A program made the translations under genes and the position numbers. A DNA stretch of 64,000 nucleotides from assembly GCF_018350175.1 (NCBI RefSeq), contig NC_058383.1, positions 6,574,001 through 6,638,000 of the forward strand, written 5' to 3'. Source of the stretch: Felis catus (taxonomy: Eukaryota). The notes beneath the pieces are model-generated. The model saw only the letters and a list, made by a program, of their open reading frames with translations, was not told the origin of the DNA and searched no databases. Positions 50,044 to 61,000 of this stretch are shown one piece after another. Every line of letters starts with the position of its first letter. Position 1 is the stretch's first letter.

Positions 50044-50214
50044 CAAAGTAACAATCCGCCATTACAAAGGTCGTCCTCCTTGATCCAGTTAACGAGTCAG
50101 AACTCTTCTCCCAATCAGCAGAGAGCCCCGCAGGTCATCGGGGTCATGCAGAGTCAAAACAGCAGCGCAGGCAACCGGGGACCCCGGCCGCTGGAGCAGG
50201 TCACCTGTTACAAG
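50044..50214 (+). CDS. CPSF4: CPSF4 exon 7 (long form; internal acceptors start at 50119 and 50122): QSNNPPLQRSSSLIQLTSQNSSPNQQRAPQVIGVMQSQNSSAGNRGPRPLEQVTCYK
   Basis: tttccag| acceptor, AAG|GTGAGT donor. The internal tandem CAG|CAG acceptors give 244 and 243 aa products, lengths I recall for human isoforms. Confidence 0.94.
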
Positions 50215-53072
50215 GTGAGTCCTGGGGCTGGGGGATGGGGCAGGGTCTTCACAGTCAGGGGCTGTTCCCTCATTCCCCAGACAGTTAATTTTGAAAAATG
50301 AAAACATCTATGTTTTTGCTGACCATAAAAGTGACAACGGGCTGCTCTGGTGGGCTAGAGACCATGCTGCTTCCTTCCACAACACACCAGGGCCAACAGA
50401 ACGATCACAACATGCTGTTGAATGCAAGGACAGAGTTTGAAGGAAAGGGAGGGGAATCTTCCAGAGGCCAGTAACAAAGTGGAAGCATGGGTTAAGGGAA
50501 GGGAGTAAGCCCTGAAGCTTCTGGATGTCCTCACATCCACAAGGGCGCATACCCGAATGAGAGGGACAGCTTTACCACCCAGGAAAAAAACAGACTAGAA
50601 TCCCCCTGAACAGAGTGGGACGCTCAGGGGAAGGGTAAACTTTTAAAAGTCCTGCTAGAAAACTTGTGTTGTTCTTGGCTCTGGATGGAAAGGGGGGAGA
50701 AAAGTGCCTTGAGACTTCATAGTCACCAATGGTCCCTTCATGAGTTTTGGGGCTGTATGCACACCCTTGGTGAAGGCTATACAGACTTGAATTTTCTAAT
50801 CGGAAACAGCCCCAAATGTGGGCCCCTGGAATCTGGCTCTATGAGGAATTTATTCTCAGCCCAACCACACAGAATTCCCACAGCTAAAGTTCCGAAGAAT
50901 GAGTTCATAATCAAAAATCACAAAACCTAGAAGGAAGCAAACCCCACTGAGGGAAGTCAGCAGAAACAACTGATAGTAGAACTAGGCTTACAAAAACTTC
51001 AGATTTCAGTATTTTACAAAATACAGAATTAGTACACGCTTTCTGTAAAAACATTTAGAGGACAGATATGTTTCAGGTACAGTGTTATCTCTATTCCCAC
51101 CTTTCCTAAAACAGCCACTTGACTTAGTGTGCTGTGTTGTCACGATTTTTGGTTTTGGTGTTCCTTCAGGCCCCATGGGCGACCCCACTTAGAGAACGGC
51201 TGTGCCAAACTTACTCACATAAGCACAATGAAAGTACATTTTAATGTACATAGGGCCCTAGTATGTATAACTTTCTATAGTCTCTTTTTCTTAATACTAT
51301 GTTGTGGATTGAACTATGTCAATATATGTGAATGTAATCTGTTTCACTGGCTGTGTAATATAACTGCAATTTACTTTCCCAGTTCTCTGTGGATAGCAGT
51401 TTATAGTTTTTGTTACTAAAAACCATGCTGAATCTGACACTTAGACCTCTGTGAGCTCTAGTCTGATAGCAGCATCCATACCTACAAGTAGAAGGTCCGA
51501 GTCAAGGGGCATACGCTTAGCTTAAATTGTTCCTAGAACTTTCTCTCAAGAAAGGCTGAGCCACTTCCCACCGCCATCACTCACTCACTGAGCACCTGCC
51601 CTGGGCCAGCTCTACTGAGAGAACCAAGACTGTTATTGCTGTTTCCCAGGAGGGGTTTGTGTTCTGCAAGGAGGGGAAGGCAGGTGCCCCCAAGCACCCC
51701 CAGGTGCTTTAACTAAAGTTAAATGTGCACTTGGGTTCACAGAATGCCTCAGAGATTTCTGAGCCTGAGCCCTCCCAGGTGAGGAGAGAACAGACAGCTT
51801 CTGACCAGTCATTCGTCAAGTACGAGGAAACAGAGGCATTGTAGCTGTTCTCTGGACACCCCTCGCCCCCACCCTGTCCCAGGACTCTGCAGCGAGGCCT
51901 TTGAAGCCAGCTCTCCCAAATCCTGGAACTTACAAAGGTGTAGCCAGAACCCAACAACCTCTTCTCACGTCAGGCCCTTCATAGTTGATATTCAAGACAC
52001 CTCGTAGGAATCCTGGGTTCTCCAGGGCCAGCTGTGGAAGCTGACAGACATGCCAGGTGCTGTGAGCAGGGTCCCAGTGAGCCCTTCCCTCTGGTGATCT
52101 CACCAGAGGGTCAGCCGGCAGCTCCACAGACCACTCATCCAAAGTCACACATACATATCAGACAGCCTTGGAAAACGCAGGCACTGTGGGGTCAGGGGGA
52201 TAGAGCAGACGAGAGATCTGGGCATTCCAGGGTGAGGAAGCTGGGGTTGGGAAGGCACTGGGTGCATTAGTGCAGGGTGAGTGCTCCTACCTGTCTCCTG
52301 ACCCTTGTCCCGTGCTTGAGGCTGCCATTCACTACCTTTTAGTTCCTTTCTTTTTGGGGAGTGAAAAGAATGAATGAAGAGAAGCTAAGGCAGGGCCTGG
52401 AAAATCAGAGCTGGGACAGGTCAGAGTCTGCTAGATTTTTCAAGTGATTTTCTGGGTCTGTTCATCCAATTCTAACCATTGCCCCATCTCTCTGATCCTG
52501 TAACCAAAACTTGCCCCGGGGGGGTAGCTTAGGCAAAGGTGCAAGAGGCAGGCAGGAAAACTGTGGGTGCAGCCCACCCTCCGTGTCCATGCCAATGACT
52601 CCCCGAGTTGGGGAAGGAGCCTTGTGGCTTCTCTCACCTTGTTGCCTCCCGTCTTCAGACAGTGCCTCAGAAAGGTAAGTGACTGGCCAGCCTTCCAGAG
52701 GGGCTTGGTCCCCAGGCAGGTGGGGGAGCTCGATTCCCATGGGATTCTCCTCATCCTGCCACCCACGACAGACCTTCCATGGATAGGTCCCATGTTTGAC
52801 GTGGGCCCAGCCTGCAGAAACCCCTGCTGTGTGCTCTCAGGTCACCCTCTGGCTGTGCAGCCCCCTTCCATCTGCCGAGTTCCTGGAGTTTCTGCAGTTT
52901 CTGTGATACCTTTGGAGTTTCTTCGTTGTGTCTGAATGAAAGTCTGGATGGCTGAGAATTTTGGAGTCCCCATACCGAACCTGGTATTTGGCAGGTGCTA
53001 CCTTACCTGAAAATTGCATTTGAAAACGGTGTTGTTTTTTTTGTCTCCTCCCTCCCTCCCTGCTGTTCCCAG

Positions 53073-53141
53073 TGTGGCGAGAAAGGACACTACGCCAACA
53101 GATGCACCAAAGGCCACTTGGCCTTTCTCAGTGGACAGTGA
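53073..53141 (+). CDS. CPSF4: CPSF4 exon 8: CGEKGHYANRCTKGHLAFLSGQ* (completes the CCHC zinc knuckle)
   Basis: ttcccag| acceptor and TGA at 53139-53141. Total CDS 810 nt = 269 aa. Confidence 0.97.
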   Translation, partial: CGEKGHYANRCTKGHLAFLSGQ

Positions 53142-53961
53142 CAGCAGCTGGAGCCAGCTCAGAGCAGCCCAAGGGTCCCCACTCTCGGGGACCACCCTGG
53201 GCCATCCTTGGGAGCGTGCACTTAACTGTTTAACGCCAGTGTTGGTGCAACTCTGGCTGGAGCAGGCAGGCAAGCACGCCAGGGTTCATCATTCTGAGGG
53301 GCTACGTCTGACAGTTTCCCTATTATTTGCTGTAAACTTTTTTAAAAGGGGACAAGTGCTCCAGGTTGGTCAAGTCGGCATCATGTCTGTCTAGGCATGG
53401 ACACCTGTCCGCAATTCCCTGCACACCGCCCTCTGGGGAGGGGAGGAAGCGGTGGGGAAGGGCTCCTGCCAAGCAGTCTGTAGGGAAGGCAGCCCTTCCC
53501 CTCGAGGCCTCATTAAACACCAGTTCTTGGTGACCCCAGGGGCTGTTGGATCATTTAAAGCTGGTCATGCCTGCTTCCTCCACATCCTGCTGAATTCAGA
53601 ACCTGTGCCTGTCCATGTGACTTGAAGGAGGCGGCACCTTCGGGCAAACTTAAGTGCACTCCTTGTCTCTACGACTGGGCCCTGCTCCGAGGTGGCAGTG
53701 GTTGAGAGGAAGGGCACAGGGCTCTCAAGTGTGAGGGACTTTTTGTTCTGGGCTCATTTCCTTGGAGTGCCTCCTTATCAGTGGCATGGCTGAAGGTATG
53801 CCTTAAGCTGGAGCTGCAGACCACCCAGTAAATCGATGACACAGTCTATCTGTGCACCTACCTCCTGCCCCTGAACCTGGAAATGTGAGACTGTCACCTG
53901 CAGCCTGCTGGGCAAGTGGGCCTGTTCAAGTTCAGTTACAAGAACAATTTTTATGAGATCG

Positions 53962-53967
53962 ATTAAA
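53962..53967 (+). terminator. CPSF4: Probable CPSF4 polyadenylation signal (ATTAAA); a second ATTAAA lies at 53512-53517
   Basis: Variant hexamer flanked by U-rich sequence about 820 nt after the stop. Confidence 0.6.
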
Positions 53968-54346
53968 GCTTGTTTTTTACGCTGCGTCTGGTTACTTCAG
54001 GGACCCACACCAAGGAGAGGACTCTTGCTCCTGGCTGCGCTCAATGCCTGGCACAAAGCTTCCATACCAGAGTTTGTTTGTCCCCTTTCAACAAATGTGA
54101 ACCCGCTGGAAGGAAGGAAGGGCCTCTGTACTGGCAGCTGGTGAAGTCTGGAAGCTCAGCCTCTGGAACAGCCACATAGTAGGTCTCCTTCATTTCAGAT
54201 GCTGGATGATACTTGCTTATTCAAATTTGGATCTTCTAAGAGATAATTAGCTGCAGCATCTCACCCCTTAGACTCCATGCCGTATATGTGCTTACCACAC
54301 ACCTCTCAAGAGGCCAATTCTGGCCCTCATATCACTTTACCGAAGA

Positions 54347-54524
54347 CTTTTTTTTTTTTTAAATGTTTATTATTTTTGAGGGGAATAGAGGGGGGAGACA
54401 AAGGATCTGAAACAAGCTCTGTGCTGACAGCAGAGCGCCTGATGCAGGCCTTGAACTCACAAACTGTGAGGTTATAACCTGAGCTGAAGTCAGATGCTTA
54501 ACCAACTGACCCACCCAGGCACCC
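54347..54524 (-). mobile_element. Can-SINE between the CPSF4 and ATP5MF 3' ends
   Basis: T tail ... ccacccaggcacccc, flanked by gaagac. Confidence 0.88.
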
Positions 54525-54987
54525 CTACTGAAGACCTTTGATGAAGGGTAAGGATGAAGGTGCTGGAAATGGGCAGCTGTGAGCTTCTGTCAGGGCCTGT
54601 GTTTTCCCTTGCTCCCCTGAGTCATCCCACTGGACTTCCTACAGGTTCTGTGGCCTGAGAAATGCAGAAAGGTTGGGGAGGGGAAGGCATTCTTAAGAAC
54701 TCCGGGCACCAGTTCCCCAGTTCCGTAGATGTAAAACCATCAGCCGACAAGAGGCCAGAAGTATGCAACATTCAAGGCAAAGAGCAGGGAAACCCCTCTG
54801 GGCCCTTGACAGGCTTAACTAGATGACACCCCCACCTACAGTAAGCTGGGATGAGACCCCAAAGCAGTGGTAGGAAGCCCCCCATGGATTCAAAGCGCTG
54901 GGCATTCCACAAGAACCCCAGCTCTTAGAGCTCTTAGAGGGCAGGGAAATGGCTCAACCAGGGAAGCAGTCTGAGTATCGGTCATCT

Positions 54988-54993
54988 TTTATT
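54988..54993 (-). terminator. ATP5MF: ATP5MF polyadenylation signal AATAAA
   Basis: tttatt on +, about 85 nt after the ATP5MF stop. Confidence 0.85.
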
Positions 54994-55076
54994 GGACATT
55001 AATTCTGAATTAGGATATGAAAGGATTCAAAGGTCACGGTCAGGAATGCCGAATGTGCCTCCATACTGGGCCCTCT

Positions 55077-55105
55077 TCAGTGGTACTTGCGTAGCCGCTC
55101 ATGTT
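55077..55105 (-). CDS. ATP5MF: ATP5MF (ATP synthase subunit f) last exon: KHERLRKYH*
   Basis: cttcag| acceptor, TGA at 55079-55077, characteristic C-terminus. Confidence 0.95.
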
Positions 55106-55857
55106 CTGAAGTTAGAAAGGCAAGGTGGTAAGTTTCAGGTAAGGTATAGTGAAAGCACAAGACGACAGGAGGGCTTGCGGCTAAATTCACATAAAAGCGT
55201 CCTGAGAACTCCTTTCGGGAGACAACCCAGAACCTGCCTGCCAGCATCTGGGCAGAATCCACAGACCTGGAGGTACAAAGGCATCTCGAGCTAATCTGCT
55301 GCCTGGCCAGCCTCTTCCTTCCCAAAAGGAACATGCACTCAAAAGTCCCCAAGATTCTGGCCTTCAGAGATAGCATCACCTGGATTTCACAGACTGGCAA
55401 GGGGCCAGACACTGTAAGAAACCGCCCATGAAACCCAGTCCGTGGCTGCCACTGGAGCTGTTTGGGCATCTCCCACCACAGGAGATCCTCTCTGGTCTTA
55501 GAACCAGGAAAAGCCACCCTCTTCCAGAGCACTGAACAGACCCTGGACTGTACCACTCAACCTGTTTCTCTCTTCGCGCTGGCTGCTGAGAAGATGAAGC
55601 TCCGCGGAGCCCTGTGGTACCTTAGAGAACGCTTCCCAAGTGTTACTTTTATCCCAGCTTCATGTCACTTTTTCCTGTATTTTCTCTTTGCCACAACTTT
55701 CTCACTTAAAATAACACCCTACATTCTGTATTCTAACAAGTCCCTCCCAATCTTTCAATTGTCAGTAGAATGATGTACTTGTAAACCTGACCGCAAACCA
55801 ATACCACCCTGATGAGAGAAACCCCACCGAAGGGAAGGCAATCTGAGAGACACTCAC

Positions 55858-55974
55858 TGAGTTCCTTGTAACACCGACAATAGTTGAAAAGCACATAAGC
55901 TGCCAGCACCATAGAAATTCCAGCAACGCTCCCTTTCTTCACATTGACATACTTGTTGTAATACCGGTAGTAAC
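55858..55974 (-). CDS. ATP5MF: ATP5MF exon 3: GYYRYYNKYVNVKKGSVAGISMVLAAYVLFNYCRCYKEL
   Basis: ttgcag| acceptor, A|GTGAGT donor, 117 nt, includes the transmembrane helix. Confidence 0.96.
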
Positions 55975-56915
55975 CTGCAAACAGGAGAGGAGGGCACTTT
56001 TTGCTTTGCTGTGAATGAGGCACACACTGCAAAGTGGAGGCTGGCTTAAATTCAGGGATCCAGTCCTGCTGTGGCTCTTGAAGCCACTCACCCCCTAAGT
56101 TCACCGGCTGATAAAGGGAAGAGCACAAGTGCCCCATGGGTTTTGCCCCAGGAGCCCAGGACAAGACCCCACTAGGCAGGCCCACCTTGATTCTGCCCCT
56201 GTGCTCTCTGGCTCAGCCTGTTAGCCTTTGATCCTACCTCACCCTCACCTCCAGCCCTATGCGATCTTCTTACCCTAATTCTGACCCAAAATCCAACCCC
56301 AGTAAGGGCCACTTAGCTGTGGCCAGCTGGGTCAGCCTATCAGGGAAGAGGAAGGCTTTGTGTGATCATCTCTTTCCTGGGTACCCCCACCAGTGAGGAA
56401 AGTTTCTGCCCTCTGGGCTCATGGGTTAGTTGACAAAAAAGAATGAAGTCATCCTAGAAGGCCCTAGTTTACAACTGTGAGGGAAGCTGTGAAGGAGCAG
56501 TACAGGGAGCTGTGGGCATGAACAGGCCACATTCACTCAGGCTGAGGAGTCAGGGACTGTCGTAAACTAAGTATGGGGAAAAGGCAGAGTATTCTAATCT
56601 GGGTTCAGGAAAGGCCTCAGGGCAGAAGGAAACATGGCACACAAGAGCCAGCTTACAGGGTGGCCAGAACTGGAAAGAAAAATGGAAGGAAGGTTTCCCC
56701 ACCCCACCCCCACCACACACACACCCAGGAAGCTGGAGACCACACAGGTCCCCGTGGGGTGATGTGGGTGTCTAATTCTTGGAATGAGGACACTGGTTCC
56801 ACAGGACTGATCCTGATCATGCACAGCCCGGAAGCATAGATGATTTCAAACATTCGTCCTGGAAGTTTGTTGCCTGGCAGAGATACGAGCATTACATTAC
56901 AGACTGATGGCTACC

Positions 56916-56969
56916 ATTTCCTCTTTAAGGAAAATCTTCAAACTCAATTTCCTCTTTAAGGAAAATCTT
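56916..56969 (+). repeat. Perfect 23-bp duplication atttcctctttaaggaaaatctt
   Basis: Copies at 56916-56938 and 56947-56969. Confidence 0.9.
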
Positions 56970-57207
56970 ACGATATAAAAATGCTCACAGACATATTTAA
57001 GACAAAGGCAGTGGTACTGATTCCAAGCAGCAGAAAACATTTTCTTGGCTGAAATCTCTTAGAGCCAGACTCTGATAGGACCAGTCACGGAGATCCAGGG
57101 GCTAACCACTCATCTCTGTCCTCCTCTCCATAACTTATCAGGCTGAGCTCAGGGCAAAAAGAGACCTGGGCATTTGCTTTTGTTTACACATGTCCATAGG
57201 CTCTGAC

Positions 57208-57315
57208 CTCTTTGAAATGCGCCAGCAATGCCTCTAGGGGTGAAATCTCGCATCAGTATCCAGCCTGGCAGCTCTCCTAGCTTCACATCCATGAGCTTCT
57301 TCTCTTTCACTGGTA
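57208..57315 (-). CDS. ATP5MF: ATP5MF exon 2: VPVKEKKLMDVKLGELPGWILMRDFTPRGIAGAFQR
   Basis: tttttag| acceptor, G|GTCAGA donor, 108 nt. Exon 1 was not found and should lie just past 64000, where CpG density is rising. Confidence 0.96.
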
Positions 57316-58009
57316 CTAAAAAGGAAGAGTAGAAAGACACACTGAAAAATCTCCAGTGAGACAAACAGCATCCTTCTATGTCACTTATTTCAACCATTCA
57401 ATAAGATCACTACAGAGAGGCTGCACACAGGTAATATTATGAGTAAATATATTATACCATATTCATTTTAAGTCAGAGTCTGTATAAAGCGACAGCTGTA
57501 TTAATGAACAAGATTCTGAAGAACAGTTAACTATGTAAAAACAACCTATGGGCCATGAGGAAGTAAAGTGGAGGACCAAAAAACTGCTGCAAAACTAATA
57601 TTTACATGTATCAGCTCACTGAATCTTCACAGCAGGTGGCTGATGCCTTTATTTTATAAGGGGTAGGGGAGACTGGCTCAGAGAAATTGGGTCAATTGGC
57701 CAAGGTCACAAGGCATGCAGGGAGCGGAGGCAGTGCTCAACCTCAGGTCATCAAGACAATCCGATTTCTATTTCAAGCAACCAACCTGGGACCACAGATG
57801 TCAAATGACTTAATACAAACCACTCCAAATCATCCACTGGGCCCCAGAAAATATTCCAATGAGAGTCTGGGGACAGAGATGACAAGGGCTCCTGGTTGAG
57901 GCCATACTGTACTCATCTCAGCTTAAGAGTAAAATAGGAGGGGGACGGGGGAAGACCACAGTGGGGGAGAACCGGGAATGTTCAGATGCTCATAAGAAAG
58001 CAATGGTCT

Positions 58010-61000
58010 GGGGCGCCTGGGTGGCTCAGTCGGTTAAGAGTCCGACTTCGGCTCAGGTCATGATCTCGATTCATGAGTTTGAGCTCCACGTCAGGCTCTG
58101 TGCTGACAGCTCAGAGCCTGGAGCCTGCCTCTGATTCTGTGTCTCCCTCTCTCTGTCCCTCCCCTACTCATGCTCTCTTTCTTTCTCAAAGAATAAATAA
58201 ACATTAAAAAAAAAATTTTTTTAAGTAAGGGAATGGTCTCCCTTTCCATCCTCCCCATAGAGATCAACTTTAAAAAGCTGCTGAGCAGGTATCCTCTTCA
58301 GGGTAAGGAGTCAAAGACTACTGTCCTTTCTTAAAGATGACCGACCAGAGAAGGAGCCAGATTAAATCACTCAAAGGCTTTTTCTCCATTTTGGGAATCC
58401 AAGGAAAGACTAAAGTTCCTTCAGGAGTCCACTAAGGGGAATCCCACAGATCTCAGTATCTCCCAACATTTAACAAGGGCAAGGATTGTTGGGTCATAAA
58501 CAGAAATACAAGGCTTAATGGCAGCTTCTAACTTGCTATAGGTCATCTGGAAAAGCAGACATTTGGCCCAAATGGACCAGATTGAGTGTTTGTCAATAAG
58601 CCACAGGTGACAAGTGGAGGCACAAGCCTATGACTTGCATACATAGCTTTAGGGTCATGGTTTAGACTGCCCGTCCCAAACAAACTGGCCCCAACCTTCC
58701 ATCTAGACTCATCCAACAAATATGGAGCACCTACTGTATGTCAGGCAGCATGCTATGCACTGTGGGTACAGCACTGACTGCAGACAAGAGCCTTGCTCTC
58801 AGAAGCCAACATTCTATCGCCAGACAACCATTTCATCCATTCACCATACTTCAGTCAGACCCCTTTCTGCTTATTCACCTGAGGGCTTTGGTATGTGCAG
58901 TGCTCCCAAGCCACCACATGGCTATCTCAACTTAAATGCTATGTCCTAAAAGGCCTCCTTCCCCCCTCCTTATCTCAAGCACTAGCACTACCCTCCCATA
59001 TAACCTCCGAGCTCCAGTTTCCTTGTCTATTAAATGGCTATTCCAAGCACTGAATGAGAATCTATGTAAAAGCATTTGGGGTGCCTGGGTTGCTCAGTCA
59101 ATTAAGCATCTGACTTCAGCTCAGGTCATGATCTCACAGTTCGTGAGTTCGAGTCCCACATTGGGTGAGCTCATGCCCCACTTCAGGTGAGTCTTACTTT
59201 CTCTGCCCCTTACTTGCACCCTCTCTCTCTCTTTAAAAAAAAAAAAAAAAGCATTTCGAACAGTACTCAGAACTGTCAACTATTAATATTATTGTTGAAA
59301 TGTCATTAAGATCTACACTAGGGGCGCCTGGGTGGCTCAGTTGGTTAAGTGACCAACTTGGGCTCAGGTCATGATCTCTCAGTTAGTGAGTTTGAGCCCC
59401 ATGTCAGGCTCTGAACTGACAGCTCAGAACCTGGAGCCCGTTTCAGATTCTGTGTCTCCCTCTCTGCCCCTCCCCTGCGGACTCTGTCTCTCTTTCCTTC
59501 AAAAATAAACATTCCAAAAAAATTTTTAAAAAAAAGGCCTACACTAAGGTGAAACAAACAAAAGACAAAGGTAGAGAAAGAAATGGCATACAAACCAAAC
59601 TTTAATACATTTTTGGGTTTGTTTTTTTTTTAATGCTTATTTTTGAGAAATAGGGAGGAGGGGCAGGAGAGATGGGCGACAGAGGATCCAAAGCAGGCTC
59701 CGCGCTGACAGCAAAGAGCCTGATGTGGGGCTCAAACCACAAACCGTGAGATCATTACCTGAGCTGAAGTCAGACTGAACCGAATGATCAACTCAGGCAC
59801 CCCAAACTTTAGTACATTTTAAGCATAAAGAACTTCAGGGATTAATCACACCCTTTAGTTCTGTGCAGAGAACTGATTAGTTTGGCAGTATTTTTGAAAT
59901 GAGACAGTCTCAAATGAACCAAATCTCTGCTGGAGAGTTTAGTGTCTATGATGTTAACCCAACAGCAAACAATAATGTCATTCGAGAATGATTACCTTTC
60001 TCTGTCACCCTGTCCAAGCTATTCCTAGGTAAGTTTAATAGTACACATCTTACATGCCATTTCTGTCTTCACTTGGATCAGGAGGCTTTATTTAGTTCAA
60101 GGATAACTATACCACATTTCTTCTTAACATACTCCATACCTTTGCGACAGTCTCAAAGCCTTCTTGCATGCAGTGAGGAATACAAACATGTCATTCTAAA
60201 ACCAACTGGCTTTAAATATGAATACGTGGTGGGGAGTGCATGAGAAAGGTATAGATGGAACTAGAATGGCAGAATGTTGCTAACTGTTGACACTAGGTAA
60301 TGAGTATAAAGCATTCATTACATTATTGTTTCCTTTGTATTTGAAATCTTCCATAATAAAGTTTAAAAATGCTTTTAAGGGGTGCCTGGATGGCTCAGCT
60401 GGTTGGTTAAGTGTCCAACTCTTGGTTTCGGCTTAGATCATGTTCTCACCGTCATGGGACTGAGCCCCGTGTGGAGTGCTGCACTGAACATGGAGCCTGC
60501 TTGGGATTCTCTCCCTTCCTCCCCCTCTGCCCCTCCCCATGGTCTCCCTCAAGAAAAAAAAAAAAATTATTTAAAAATAAAATTACAGGGGCGCCTGGGT
60601 GGCGCAGTCGGTTAAGCGTCCGACTTCAGCCCAGGTCACGATCTCGCGGTCCGTGAGTTCGAGCCCCGCGTCGGGCTCTGGGCTGATGGCTCAGAGCCTG
60701 GAGCCTGTTTCCGATTCTGTGTCTCCCTCTCTCTCTGCCCCTCCCCCGTTCATGCTCTGTCTCTCTCTGTCCTAAAAATAAATAAACGTTGAAAAAAAAA
60801 TTTTTTTTAAATAAAATTACAAAAAATACATTAAAAATATACATGATTTTAATAATAGGACCACGTTGGAGGAGATGTGCAAAAGTTTGAAACACTTTTT
60901 CCATTGAAGTTTTTTGTTGGGGCACCTGGGTGCCTCAGTCAGTTAAATGTCCAACTTTGGCTCAGGTCATGATTTCTCAGTTGAGTTCGAGCCCCGTGTC

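Noticed and set aside
56916..56969. 23-bp quasi-palindromic duplication as a regulatory or CRISPR-like repeat
   Set aside because: Only two copies with an 8-nt spacer, most simply explained by slippage.
60588..60680. tRNA-like A/B-box sequences as tRNA genes
   Set aside because: They are heads of tRNA-derived Can-SINEs, each followed by a CT tract and an A tail.
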